Part shown: in pieces, positions 14,059 through 26,820 of the stretch
Position numbering within the stretch: position 1 is the first letter of the stretch
Layout: every line of letters begins with the position of its first letter
Assembly: GCF_001194135.2 (NCBI RefSeq)
Contig: NC_068991.1
Location: 24,287,007-24,351,006 of the forward strand
DNA length: 64,000 bases
Direction: 5' to 3'
DNA from: Octopus bimaculoides
Lineage: Eukaryota
The notes under the pieces: generated by a model
The model's input: the letters and a program-made list of their open reading frames with translations, nothing else
Databases searched by the model: none
What the model was told of the DNA's origin: nothing
Program-made: the position numbers and the translations under genes

Positions 14059-14879
14059 CAGTATGTAACATACTTATACTATACTACGTAACGAAGATTT
14101 CTGCAATGAAGCACAAGTCTCACAGTTTCTTGACCTCTCAGAGTTGTAATTATTTAGCCACGAGTCAACCCTGCTCAGCCGTGACCATCTAGTCTATATA
14201 TGACACCGATTATTTCGTTGTCAAGTCGTGTGCGTGTTAAGAGCTATTTACCTATTTCTAACTAAAAAAACCAACTATTTTTAACTGGAACTTATTGATA
14301 AGAAGCTGACTTTACGGCAGAGAAACAGGTGAGGCTCAGAGGTCTTACGATGAGAATTGCGATAGCTTCTTCATTAAACAGATAGCAGGATTATGATAGG
14401 GCTTCTAGTTACCATTATTGAAGTTCAATAATTCACGTGGGAAGCAATATCGACTTTCAGACGTTATTGCCTTTCACTATGATATTGGAGATTAAATGCG
14501 ATTCGCAAAAGGATCAATAATTAATTCAGCTTCATTAGAAACACCACAGGTGGTTGCAATTTAAATGGGAAAGCAACTTTTACTGTTTAAGACGTGATGT
14601 CACATAAATTATGTGTCTCAATTTCATAGAGAAAGAATACAGAAATAGGATGCAGTTATATTTAACAGAAGTATTCGTGAGAGGAAAAATAAATTGCCCG
14701 TAAACAGATATAGGTTAAAAGAAAAATTTGTGTCATCAAGTGCATTATAAAGGGCTTGTAAATGTTTACCATGTAATCAATAGGAATCAATCGATGATCG
14801 AAGGGATATGGAATGATACATATGCAGGTAAACTGTCGCCATTTTATATTTTTAATTTCGCGCATGCGCATTGTTTGTT

Positions 14880-15635
14880 TTTGATTTTGTCAACTAAACA
14901 GTATAGTAGGATCAGTTGGGCACCGTCTGTGAGAAAAACAGCACCATGACGCAATTCACTCTGACAGAAATTTAGAAACGACATGCATGGCATTCAAGCA
15001 GAAAGCTCCAATACGAACATTTCAGAGTGTTTGGGTGTCAATCTGAGGACATGTACCGAAAGTAATAAAGATCAAACATCCAGTCAACATCATGGTGTTT
15101 GGAGTGATCACTAGTGATGGCAAAGTCATGCTTCCGTTCATCTTCTCACACAACCTCAGACACAACACGGAAGCCTACATCAAATGGCTGGAGGAGATAG
15201 TGCTGTTCTGAGTCAAGAGGGTGGCTGCTGGAAGACCCTATATCTGACAACAGGACTCTGCACCATGCCACACAAGCATGAGAACCCAGTCATGGCTGTC
15301 AGACAATTTCTGCAATCACATCAACCTTAACATCTGACCACCTAACTCCCCGGACTTAAACCCCCTTGATCATTATGTGTGACACGCAGCTGATTGAGAA
15401 ATCAAAAAAACTCCTTGTAACTAAAAGTAAGGATTATGGCAACATTCACCAAGTTAAACAAGGAAGCCATCCAGAAGAGTTGCAGGAGATTCCGAAGCCG
15501 TTGAAGGCCGTGGTTGAAGCCAATGGCGAATTTATTGAATAAATTTACTCTTTACTATTTCAAGATATTTTTTTGTAATTTTGTAAATACATCAGTTAAG
15601 ATGAGATGTCAGTGTCATTTCAATTTTTGCGTAAT
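14880..15635 (+). mobile_element. Internally deleted maT/mori (DD37D) transposon
   Basis: MVFGVITSDGKVMLPFIF..QQDSAPCH..*PPNSPDLNPLDHYV*. 37 residues between the second and third catalytic Asp; in-frame stops at 15209, 15245, 15335 and 15380. Confidence 0.85.
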
Positions 15636-16606
15636 TTAGACAACAGTTTATTCACAACTTGTACGCGCGCGTGTGTGCGTATGTTTGATTGTGTGTGTGT
15701 GTGTGTGTGTGTGTGAGTGTGTGTATATATATGTCTATGTATATATNNNNNNNNNNNNNNNNNNNNNNNNNNNNNNNNNNNNNNNNNNNNNNNNNNNNNN
15801 NNNNNNNNNNNNNNNNNNNNNNNNNNNNNNNNNNNNNNNNNNNNNNNNNNNNNNNNNNNNNNNNNNNNNNNNNNNNNNNNNNNNNNNNNNNNNNNNNNNN
15901 NNNNNNNNNNNNNNNNNNNNNNNNNNNNNNNNNNNNNNNNNNNNNNNNNNNNNNNNNNNNNNNNNNNNNNNNNNNNNNNNNNNNNNNNNNNNNNNNNNNN
16001 NNNNNNNNNNNNNNNNNNNNNNNNNNNNNNNNNNNNNNNNNNNNNNNNNNNNNNNNNNNNNNNNNNNNNNNNNNNNNNNNNNNNNNNNNNNNNNNNNNNN
16101 NNNNNNNNNNNNNNNNNNNNNNNNNNNNNNNNNNNNNNNNNNNNNNNNNNNNNNNNNNNNNNNNNNNNNNNNNNNNNNNNNNNNNNNNNNNNNNNNNNNN
16201 NNNNNNNNNNNNNNNNNNNNNNNNNNNNNNNNNNNNNNNNNNNNNNNNNNNNNNNNNNNNNNNNNNNNNNNNNNNNNNNNNNNNNNNNNNNNNNNNNNNN
16301 NNNNNNNNNNNNNNNNNNNNNNNNNNNNNNNNNNNNNNNNNNNNNNNNNNNNNNNNNNNNNNNNNNNNNNNNNNNNNNNNNNNNNNNNNNNNNNNNNNNN
16401 NNNNNNNNNNNNNNNNNNNNNNNNNNNNNNNNNNNNNNNNNNNNNNNNNNNNNNNNNNNNNNNNNNNNNNNNNNNNNNNNNNNNNNNNNNNNNNNNNNNN
16501 NNNNNNNNNNNNNNNNNNNNNNNNNNNNNNNNNNNNNNNNNNNNNNNNNNNNNNNNNNNNNNNNNNNNNNNNNNNNNNNNNNNNNNNNNNNNNNNNNNNN
16601 NNNNNN

Positions 16607-16641
<35 letters not shown>

Positions 16642-16846
16642 CATATATACATATACTATGCATATACATGTACTCTGTGGTTGGGAAGCAAACTCCCTAC
16701 AACACACCTGTATGTGTACATGTATGTATGTATATATATGTGTATATATATATGTGTGTGTGCGTAAGTGCGCACGCGAGTGGGACTGTATGTCTGCATG
16801 CATGTGTCCATATATATATATATAAGTATGTATATGTATATGTGTA

Positions 16847-16877
<31 letters not shown>

Positions 16878-16879
16878 AC

Positions 16880-16947
<68 letters not shown>

Positions 16948-18122
16948 TTTCTGTAGGTAAAATATGGCAATATGTAGGTTCCGTTTGTGTTTACCTGATA
17001 CGTACAGATCGTGTGTTTGAGAAAACATTGATTGACGTAGTAATTTTGGATGGAGTTGGGTGGAATTTGATATTTTGTTAATCTGTAGTATTATTGACAG
17101 GCATATGCTCGACGAATTGACGTGTCTAGCTGATCTATCCTTAATGGTTAATCTACAACGATCTCACCTATTCACTAATTTATCTACCATTCTTTTTCTC
17201 CCGATAATGTCTATATCTTAAGTATCATAACACCATCAATGAACTATTGTGTATCATAAGCACGAGCAATCATGTGTTGAACGTGCTTATCTGTATATAT
17301 ATATATATATATATATAAGGCAGGATGTGTGTGTGTGTGTGTACTTGAATGTAATTTATGCACGTCCACAAATTAGCACGCATGTCACTCCAATTTTAGG
17401 ACATTCGTCATGACCCTAGCTGTATTTTCGTCAACTTATTTTTCCCAGAGGCACCAGCGAATAGCAGTAAAAATAAATTTTCATCCAAAACTTTTAACAA
17501 TTTTCAAGTCGGAGAAATCTACCAGTTTACAAACAGGAGTTAAGTCCCCTTCTAGCGACGAGTAGGTTTTTGTTAAGACTTGTTTTTTTTTTCCATCATC
17601 TATACAAAAATTCGCCCTATACAGAGGTACTTAGCATAAGTAATATTCTACGACACAACAAAACTACCTTGGCGCAATACAATCCTACAAGTTGTTCTGC
17701 CAATATCAACATTTATCAATATATTGTAAACATTATGACATTTGGTCATAGCTTGGATCTTTCTCTTCTTAAAAATTTTTGCCAAGCACGAATGGTTCTA
17801 GAATTCTGTAGTCTTTCATATATTCAACATGGCCTAACCAGGATAATAGTCACTTACATAGGCAATGACTTGCGCTACTTGCAATATTTCAATGTTGCTT
17901 ATTTTATTTCGTCATTTCAATGTTTAGAATTTTACCGGGGCACCATAAATGAAAAGAATTCAGCTTTTTCGTGAGGCTAAAGTATGCATTCCAAGACTCG
18001 GAATGTACTGAGGATGCACAGGCTTTGATCGTCTTTGTGCTGAATGAAATGATAATTAACTGATGCTCCTTTATTTTCTTTTACCTAAAGCCAAGATGTT
18101 TTTAGCACCCATTTGTGTGTGC

Positions 18123-18189
<67 letters not shown>

Positions 18190-18190
<1 letters not shown>

Positions 18191-19712
18191 ACTACTCTTC
18201 AAAACTATAAAGCCAGAGCACTGTTTTTTTCTGGCGGATTATACTACCCACAAACTACTCAAATTCATGAAACTCAGCTCTAGATAGGAAACGGAATAGA
18301 AGAAGGCATTGCAAAATTCAAACTTATTGAAATCCATAAATAAATTAGATAATAATTCAAAAAAATATAGAGCTAGAAATCCTCTGTTCAAAACTGTAAC
18401 GCCAGGTTGAATAATGTTGCGAAAATGATGCAAAACAGGAAAATTATATGTTTCAATGATATTCTCATGCAATACAACAACAATACTTCAAAAACACGTG
18501 ATTTCACGCACCCAATCAACTTCAACAGTAGATCATGTGGAAGCTCTCCCCAGACCTTTATTGCCGTTTCAATTCATCAACACATGAATATTACTTGCCT
18601 TCACTGTACACAACATTCGTGAGATATCCCCAGGCATTCTCAACAGAGTTAAGGTCGTGACTTCTTGCTAGCCATGGCATGACGTCAACCCCAATTGTAT
18701 GGAGGAACTCCAAAGTTGCCTTTGCTTTATGAATAAGAACATTGTCCTGTTGAAATATGAAGTTCTCGCCATGGGGCCTTCTTCCTTCTTCGTGAATGTG
18801 AGCCCCATCCAATATATTGATGTACTGGGCAGCATTGATGACGAGTGGCAGCTTCCCATTAGCAGATATTGCTCCCCTCACTATAAGACCTCTTTCGCTG
18901 TTCTGCTGCTTGGAATAAGCAGAATTTTGTATACATTTATCTGCCTATTAACGCTTATAACCGTCGGGGATAATCAAATTCTACTTTTTCTCATCAGAGA
19001 ACAGAAGCCTGGTCCACGTTTAATGCTGCCGAACAAACTCCAACCTAACAGCTTTGTGGGAAGGGAACAATAGCGGACATCCTAACCGCTTCTTCAGGTG
19101 GAAACCATGGTTCAGAATCACTCTTCTTACGGTAAATGTCGAGGCTCTTACTCCAGTTGATGCCTTGATTTGGGGAACAGAAGAGCAGCGTGACTTCTTC
19201 ACAGCTCTGATAATAGCATTTTCATCCCTTTCTGATGTAGCCTTGGGACATCCACCAGCATGAAACCTATTGTAGCCGTCAGGATCTTTCAGAAAATTGC
19301 CCACTGACGTTCTGTTTCGCCGAATCTTCTCAGCGATCTTCCGGTTAATCATTTCTTCCACTTTCAGTGCAAGAATCTTCCCTTTTTCAATTTCGAAAAA
19401 CTCTGTAACTTTAGGAATACTGGAAATGTAATCTGGATCGTATGATTGAGTCGACTATTTTCCGAGACAATCTGGAAAGAAATGAAAATGTATAAGTGGC
19501 TTTATAGTTTTGATGTGTTGATATGCTAGGGAAAATTGGAAAATCAAGTGTTGTAATGTGATAATAAAGGTCCAAAATTTACATTTCAAAATATTCCCGA
19601 AATACCCATTTACAATATATTAAGCCCTTTAGTCGACTTAAATACAGAGCTAAATTTCTAAATAACAAAAAAACATGTGGCTTTATAGTTTTGTACATTT
19701 TGTATAATTTCT
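18190..19712 (-). mobile_element. Tc1/Tc3-like (DD34E-type) transposon, decayed, with degenerate TIRs
   Basis: HTH region (ORF 19020-19361), SDEK motif near 18990, and FQQDN..H..W..S.DLN.VEN.W (ORF 18591-18881). Inverted aaaactataaagcc at about 18200 and 19680-19695. Confidence 0.9.
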
Positions 19713-19714
19713 TC

Positions 19715-19759
<45 letters not shown>

Positions 19760-20051
19760 NNNNNNNNNNNNNNNNNNNNNNNNNNNNNNNNNNNNNNNNN
19801 NNNNNNNNNNNNNNNNNNNNNNNNNNNNNNNNNNNNNNNNNNNNNNNNNNNNNNNNNNNNNNNNNNNNNNNNNNNNNNNNNNNNNNNNNNNNNNNNNNNN
19901 NNNNNNNNNNNNNNNNNNNNNNNNNNNNNNNNNNNNNNNNNNNNNNNNNNNNNNNNNNNNNNNNNNNNNNNNNNNNNNNNNNNNNNNNNNNNNNNNNNNN
20001 NNNNNNNNNNNNNNNNNNNNNNNNNNNNNNNNNNNNNNNNNNNNNNNNNNN

Positions 20052-20086
<35 letters not shown>

Positions 20087-20959
20087 TGTATGTATGTATA
20101 CAATATTTTTCAAGATTCTTGAAGTGAAATCATGTGTTTAAATATAGCTGTATTTTGGAATAGTCATGTTGACAATTATACATATATTCAAACATATGAA
20201 TGTATATATTATTGGCTATGCTTAATTAAAAGATTAATTTAACCAAAATTCTAAACCGTATTCAATACTTGCACAATGTAAAGTATAAACATTATTCGTT
20301 TAAAACACTGCATAGTGTGTTATGGCACGTTTCACTGGTCGAAAACAGTTCATCAAAAATAGAGAAAATTTACTAACAAAATCATTTAAAAAGCGGAAGA
20401 TAGGGAAAGGCAAAATATGGAAGACAGAAGGAAGCACAGATCAAAAAGGACAAATTTTGTGGTCGGACATACAGGATGTATTATGCAGTAAGAAGAATGT
20501 CATAGAATCTAGAGAGAAGGCGGAGCGCAAATTTGATGGATGTTGTGAATGAGCGAACGTAAAATATATGAACAGAGTGATGTGTTGGAGTGAGGGATGG
20601 ATTGGATGAAACTAGAATAATTACAGAACAATCGTTATGCTAGAACTAGCTTATACATATATTTAAGAATAATCTGTTTGAAATTTAAATAAATAATTCG
20701 GTTAATAGCTTGTAGCCAGAACAAGGAAAATTGTTTTCTCTGATTAAATATGTGAAAAAAAAAGTTAAATATTAATCCAGTAACATAAAAATAAATAAAT
20801 ATTTCCTGAATATTTGTATTGCAAAACATGTAGAATTTATACTAGTTGTAACAAGAAGTTTAAATTTAGCTACACCTAACGATTTTAGTAGTTAAGAGGA
20901 CAGAAGTCGGATCTATTCAGTTTCAATCAGATTTTTTAATTGATATCTTTTTAACTAAA

Positions 20960-21120
20960 CAGTTTGAAACTTCGAATACTGGTAGAATTTCTCACATAGA
21001 ACACGGTTTACTCTGAACGTTTTTGACAAAATTTCGGATTTTAAAAGTTATTTCGTGTTAAAGTTGTCGTATTTGGATAATTTTAACCTATCAATGACGT
21101 GTATTTAGCTCAAGAAATTT
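20960..21120. repeat. Unclassified dispersed repeat (also at about 25300-25470)
   Basis: Shared tttgaaactt..ctggtagaat..aagttatttc.tgttaaagttgtcgtattt blocks in the same orientation. Confidence 0.6.
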
Positions 21121-21326
21121 ACTGCTGTTTGCAGAAGAACAACTTCCGGGTCATCTCTACTAAATGCATTTTTCAACTTCGTGTGGTTTATTCGAATGGT
21201 TCTTTAGCTTGACTGTTGTGTTTTTAGATATTGTTACTTACTGCCTGTGATTATTTTCACCACTCTGTTCTATTTTATTTTTGTTTACTTACCTTTAATT
21301 TCGTGATTCACTTTTGTATACTTGCC

Positions 21327-22961
21327 TGCGTTAAATTATATGTTACACCTGCCTGGCTATTTTTCTATATGCACCTCTGCCCGAACTGTGTATGTACTGC
21401 CATTAAATCTTAGAGTGCATTTCAAAGTTATATATCTCGCATTAAAATTAATTTAATCTCTGCTTATATTTTTTAATGTATCCTTGCTTTTGTATGTTTT
21501 ACACCTGCTTGGTTATTTTTTTATATGAACCTCTGCCTGAACTTTGTATATACCGCCATGAAGTATTACAGTGCATTTCAAAGTTTAATATTTCGCATTA
21601 AATTTAATTTAAGGTTTATCCGTTTGTATTGTTTTTCCTTTTGTTTACATCGTATACATGCCTCGTTATGGGTTATGTCAGGGTTAGAGCTATGGTTTAG
21701 AATTAGGGTTAGATACCATGCTAAAGTGTAAATGGCTACGTATACTGTATGCTAAAGTGGCACTAAAGATTAACTGAAACAGATTACCTACCAGAAATTA
21801 AGTCATGAAAGGGTTAGCAGTGTCAACGCATTTTACTTCACATTTCTTTGTTTCTGTGGACAATAACATAAAATACTAGATAAGTAAGTACTGGGTCAAT
21901 ATAGTTGACTAATTGTGTCCTCCTATAAAACTTCTTGCTTTGTGCCTTTGTGAGACATGTTAAAGATGATGATGTGGTCTCAGTTTGATATAGTATACAG
22001 CTTATTAATTCACTGGAATAGCAGAGGCTGCAGGGTTTTTTTTTTAGTTTTTTCTATTTTATTTTACCAATTTGGCTGGACGAAGGGGCTGTATCCTTGG
22101 CTTTTGCATTCCTTCTGAGACGAAAGGCAAGGGCTGTACCTATGGTCTTTGCAGGCTGCTCAAAACTGGTAAGATTGACACAGTTGATCTTGAATAATAT
22201 CATGTTGATGGCTGCAGAAGAAAAAGCATGGGCAAGGAAGAAATTTCATAAGGCTGACAATCTGGTAAAAAATGATTGAAAACAGGTTAATGCTTGGTTT
22301 GCAGGTGAAACCTACGTGAGCTTCGAACCCCTCGTTGCCAGATACTGTAATGTGACTTGTATCCAATATAGTAGTACCAACACTATTGGGATAATGTCCT
22401 ACGATACACAGTACCAGTGTGATACAATAATAAAATAACAATGCAGCAGCAATAAGAACGTAACAATCCAACAATCTCCAACGAACCAACAATAAATATT
22501 CCAAATGAACAAACCAACTGACACTTTCCAACTTCACTGTGAAATAACACGAACTTCTACGAACCATATATACTCTCTCGGTTCAGTTCATTCCTCACAA
22601 GAGGGTATTAATTTTAATGCGAAATATAAAACACATGCAGAAGCAGGGATACATTGATAAATACAAACAGAGTTTAAATAAATTTTAATGCAGGATATTA
22701 AACTTTGAAATGCACTGTAAGATTTCATGTTAGTACGTACACAGTTCAGGCAGAGGTGCATATTAAAAAATAACCAGGCAGGTGTAAAACCTACAAAAGC
22801 AGGGATACATTGAAAAATACTAGCAACGATTAAATCAATTTTAATGCGGGATATTGAACTTTGAAATGCACTCTAAGACTTCATAGCACTACATACACAG
22901 TTCGGGCAGAGGTGCATATAAAAAAATAACCAGGCAGGTGTAGCACAAACAAATTAACGCA
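21327..22961. mobile_element. Foldback-like element: about 290-bp inverted arms, each made of 156-bp tandem units
   Basis: tacacctgcctgg-like motif at 21344 and 21500; its reverse complement caggcaggtgta at about 22775 and 22931. Arms 21327-21615 and 22670-22961. Confidence 0.75.
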
Positions 22962-23454
22962 TAAACATTACTAAGTACCGTAAAGTATTTCGTTCAACGC
23001 TATACCATTTCAACAACAGCAGCCTAACCTCTCTCATATAATACAGTACCATCTAAAAAAGGGAAGAACACATTGAACATTGTGATTCTGGCTGTAATTT
23101 ACCAGGGCAACGACGGGATATATGTATTTATGTCTTCGATAATAAGTTTGCTTCATTAGATCTGAGTTCGAGGCTAAACGATACCTGATAATCTCTTAAT
23201 TTAACACATATATTTAATGAGAAAGAGAGAGATTCGACCCAAGTAAATTACTGATATTATAGTTTATAGTCTTAAGTAATCCCAAAGAGAAGAAAAACCA
23301 ATGCCGTTTTAAGAATTGTACTGAAAATGTTAAGGAAATGAAACTAAATAATTGAACAGTGTTTAGCTTGGTTCCTTATGCTCTCTCCTATTTCATTACT
23401 TTTCGGTAATACACAACAACAACAACAACAATGTTAACATTAGATACTTCTGTA

Positions 23455-23910
23455 AGGCGGCGAGCTTGTCAGACTCGTTAGCATGCCGGGCGAAATGCTT
23501 TGCGGCATTTCGTCCGTCTCGGCGTTCTGAGTTCAAATTCCATCGAGGTCAACTTTGCCTTTCATCCGTTTGGGGTCGGTAAAAATAAGTACCAGATGAG
23601 CAGTGGAGTTGAGGCAACCGACTTGCACACCCTCAAACACACAAATGCTGGCTTTGTGCCAATATTTGAAACATTAGATACTGCTACATAAAAGCAACGA
23701 GCTGGCAGAATCGTTAGAGTATCAGAAAAAATGCCGTGCAATATTCCTTCCGACTCGTTACGTTCTGTGTTCAACTCTCGCCGGGGTCAGCTTTGCCTTT
23801 CATCATTCCCGGATCGATAAAATGAAGTATCAATCAAGTATTGCAGCCGATGGCATGATGGCATGATAATATCGACTACACTCCTACCTTCAAGATTGTT
23901 GGCTTTGTGC
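23455..23910 (+). mobile_element. Two tandem SINE family A copies
   Basis: ggcggcgagcttgtcagactcgttagcatgccgggcgaaatgc.. and gagctggcagaatcgttag.. Confidence 0.85.
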
Positions 23911-24325
23911 TTAAATTAGAAACGATTAAAATACGGCTCCATCGTGATTTTGACCACCATGTTTTCAACAACACCACAACCACTACCACCTCCATTAACA
24001 TCGCGACCATCCCTTTTGTCGCCAACACCATCACCCATACCAACACCGCTATCATCACATTCACTGCAATTACCATCACCATCGACATCAGCATCACCAC
24101 CATTATCACTACCATCATCATTATCACTATCATCACCATCACTACCACCACCAAAGAGCAATAAAAACATCGTTACTGAAAAAAATGAATATACAAAAAC
24201 AACTAATCTAGAAAAGACTGTAGTCGACAGAAAAGTTTTCCGAAAGAATTTTCTTTCTTTTTTTTTTTTTTTTTTTACTATGTTTAACCACATGCACACA
24301 TACACACACACAAACACACACACAC

Positions 24326-24358
<33 letters not shown>

Positions 24359-24374
24359 TAAGTGTGTGGGCGGG

Positions 24375-24446
<72 letters not shown>

Positions 24447-24814
24447 GTCTATTCATGAGAGTGCAGCTGTGTTTCTATGCTTATGTGTCTATGTCTGCCT
24501 GTAGATAGCAAAAAAAATCATCACATTTATAGGAGTTTATAGATATTATTGTAATAAGAAAACAGAGTGGAAGAAAAATGAAGAAAATACAAGTGGTTGT
24601 TGTAAAAGTCGACTGAAGAGCAAAATGTTTTTTTTTTTTTAATAGTATTTTAAGTTACAATGGCAATCTATAAGGAAGTCTTGTCTACTGAAAATATGTC
24701 AATGTGACTACTTCAAGCACCGTAAGAATTTTCATATGATTTTCCCATTTGATGATATAACATTAGAAATACTTTAAGAAATTTCAGGAGTCAGTGAAAG
24801 ATATTGACTTCAAT

Positions 24815-24952
24815 TTTTGGCACAAGACCAGCAATTTTGGGAAAGTGGGTAAGCTGATTAGATCGACCCCAGTGCTCAACTAGTACTTATTTTTATCGAC
24901 CTCGAACGGATGAAAGGCAAAGTCGACCTCGGTGGAATTTGAACTCAGAACG
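24815..24952 (-). mobile_element. SINE family A (3' part)
   Basis: gatgaaaggcaaagtcgacctcggtggaatttgaactcagaacgta. Confidence 0.8.
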
Positions 24953-25607
24953 TATGGTGCCTTTTTGCGTTCCTAGATAGTAAGAACATGTCTGGTCAGA
25001 GTGGTGTCACTGTCATCTCTTCCGAGCCCACCCTTCAGAATATAGACAGTTAACGCAGTTTCGGTGGAACTTTATTGAACAGATCATGATTATGCTATGA
25101 AAATATTGAAACTTCATGAAATAAATTTAACAGTTACCACCTACACCACCATCACTAACATCAGTATTACTATCATTACCATCATCACTATTACCACTAC
25201 TATCGCCGCCACCACTATGCTACAAAACCTCCGAGGAATATTGTATGTTAAATCTACTGGATCTTGTTCAAAACGGGGGCGCCAGTATTTTCTTAACGAA
25301 ACACTTTGAAACTTGGGACACTGGTAGAATGTGTCATATAAAACATCTTTTTCTCTTAGTCTTCTTAACAAAAAAACGTACATCGCAAGTTATTTCATGT
25401 TAAAGTTGTCGTATTTCTGTAATTTCAACCAATGACTGACGTCCATTCAGCCGAATACATTAAGTGCTGACTACGTAAACAAACGATTCTGGCGGTGATA
25501 AAATTATTATTTCCTTGTCAAAAAATGGCTGAAGCATATTGGCAGTAGCTAATAAATCTTTCTATTATAGGCACAAGGCCTGGTTTTTAAGGGAAGGAGC
25601 AAGTCAA

Positions 25608-25631
25608 TTAGGGTTAGGGTTAGGGTTAGGG
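25608..25631 (+). repeat. (TTAGGG)4 interstitial telomere-like repeat
   Basis: Four exact TTAGGG units. Confidence 0.9.
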
Positions 25632-26558
25632 AAAACGAACACACGTGTGTTGCCTCTCTGCAAAATGTCAGAAGTANNNNNNNNNNNNNNNNNNNNNNNN
25701 NNNNNNNNNNNNNNNNNNNNNNNNNNNNNNNNNNNNNNNNNNNNNNNNNNNNNNNNNNNNNNNNNNNNNNNNNNNNNNNNNNNNNNNNNNNNNNNNNNNN
25801 NNNNNNNNNNNNNNNNNNNNNNNNNNNNNNNNNNNNNNNNNNNNNNNNNNNNNNNNNNNNNNNNNNNNNNNNNNNNNNNNNNNNNNNNNNNNNNNNNNNN
25901 NNNNNNNNNNNNNNNNNNNNNNNNNNNNNNNNNNNNNNNNNNNNNNNNNNNNNNNNNNNNNNNNNNNNNNNNNNNNNNNNNNNNNNNNNNNNNNNNNNNN
26001 NNNNNNNNNNNNNNNNNNNNNNNNNNNNNNNNNNNNNNNNNNNNNNNNNNNNNNNNNNNNNNNNNNNNNNNNNNNNNNNNNNNNNNNNNNNNNNNNNNNN
26101 NNNNNNNNNNNNNNNNNNNNNNNNNNNNNNNNNNNNNNNNNNNNNNNNNNNNNNNNNNNNNNNNNNNNNNNNNNNNNNNNNNNNNNNNNNNNNNNNNNNN
26201 NNNNNNNNNNNNNNNNNNNNNNNNNNNNNNNNNNNNNNNNNNNNNNNNNNNNNNNNNNNNNNNNNNNNNNNNNNNNNNNNNNNNNNNNNNNNNNNNNNNN
26301 NNNNNNNNNNNNNNNNNNNNNNNNNNNNNNNNNNNNNNNNNNNNNNNNNNNNNNNNNNNNNNNNNNNNNNNNNNNNNNNNNNNNNNNNNNNNNNNNNNNN
26401 NNNNNNNNNNNNNNNNNNNNNNNNNNNNNNNNNNNNNNNNNNNNNNNNNNNNNNNNNNNNNNNNNNNNNNNNNNNNNNNNNNNNNNNNNNNNNNNNNNNN
26501 NNNNNNNNNNNNNNNNNNNNNNNNNNNNNNNNNNNNNNNNNNNNNNNNNNNNNNNNNN

Positions 26559-26616
<58 letters not shown>

Positions 26617-26635
26617 CTGTCTTTGTGTCTGTGTG

Positions 26636-26820
26636 TGTCCACCACCACCGGTGTTGGTACGTTTACGTCCTCGTAACTTAGCGTTTCGGCAAAAGTGGCC
26701 GATAGAATAAGGACCAGGCTTTAAAAAAAATGAGCACTGGAGTTGATTCATTCGACTAAAAATTCTTCAAGGCGTTGCTTCAGCATGACCGCAACCTAAT
26801 GAGTGAAACAAGTAAAATAT
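26636..26820 (+). mobile_element. SINE-like repeat, family C (second copy at about 43980-44140, minus strand)
   Basis: Shared ggtgttgg..gatagaataag..caggc.ttaaaaaaa..agcactgg..gatt..ttcgac.aaaa.ttcttcaa blocks. Confidence 0.6.

Noticed and set aside
15209-15382. Four in-frame TGA codons, all at expected Trp positions of the maT transposase (possible recoding or hypermutation)
   Set aside because: The sister copy at 7452-7860 keeps TGG at WPP and has TGA at a different Trp. Ordinary decay plus ascertainment (Trp changes readily give stops) explains it, and the element is internally deleted.
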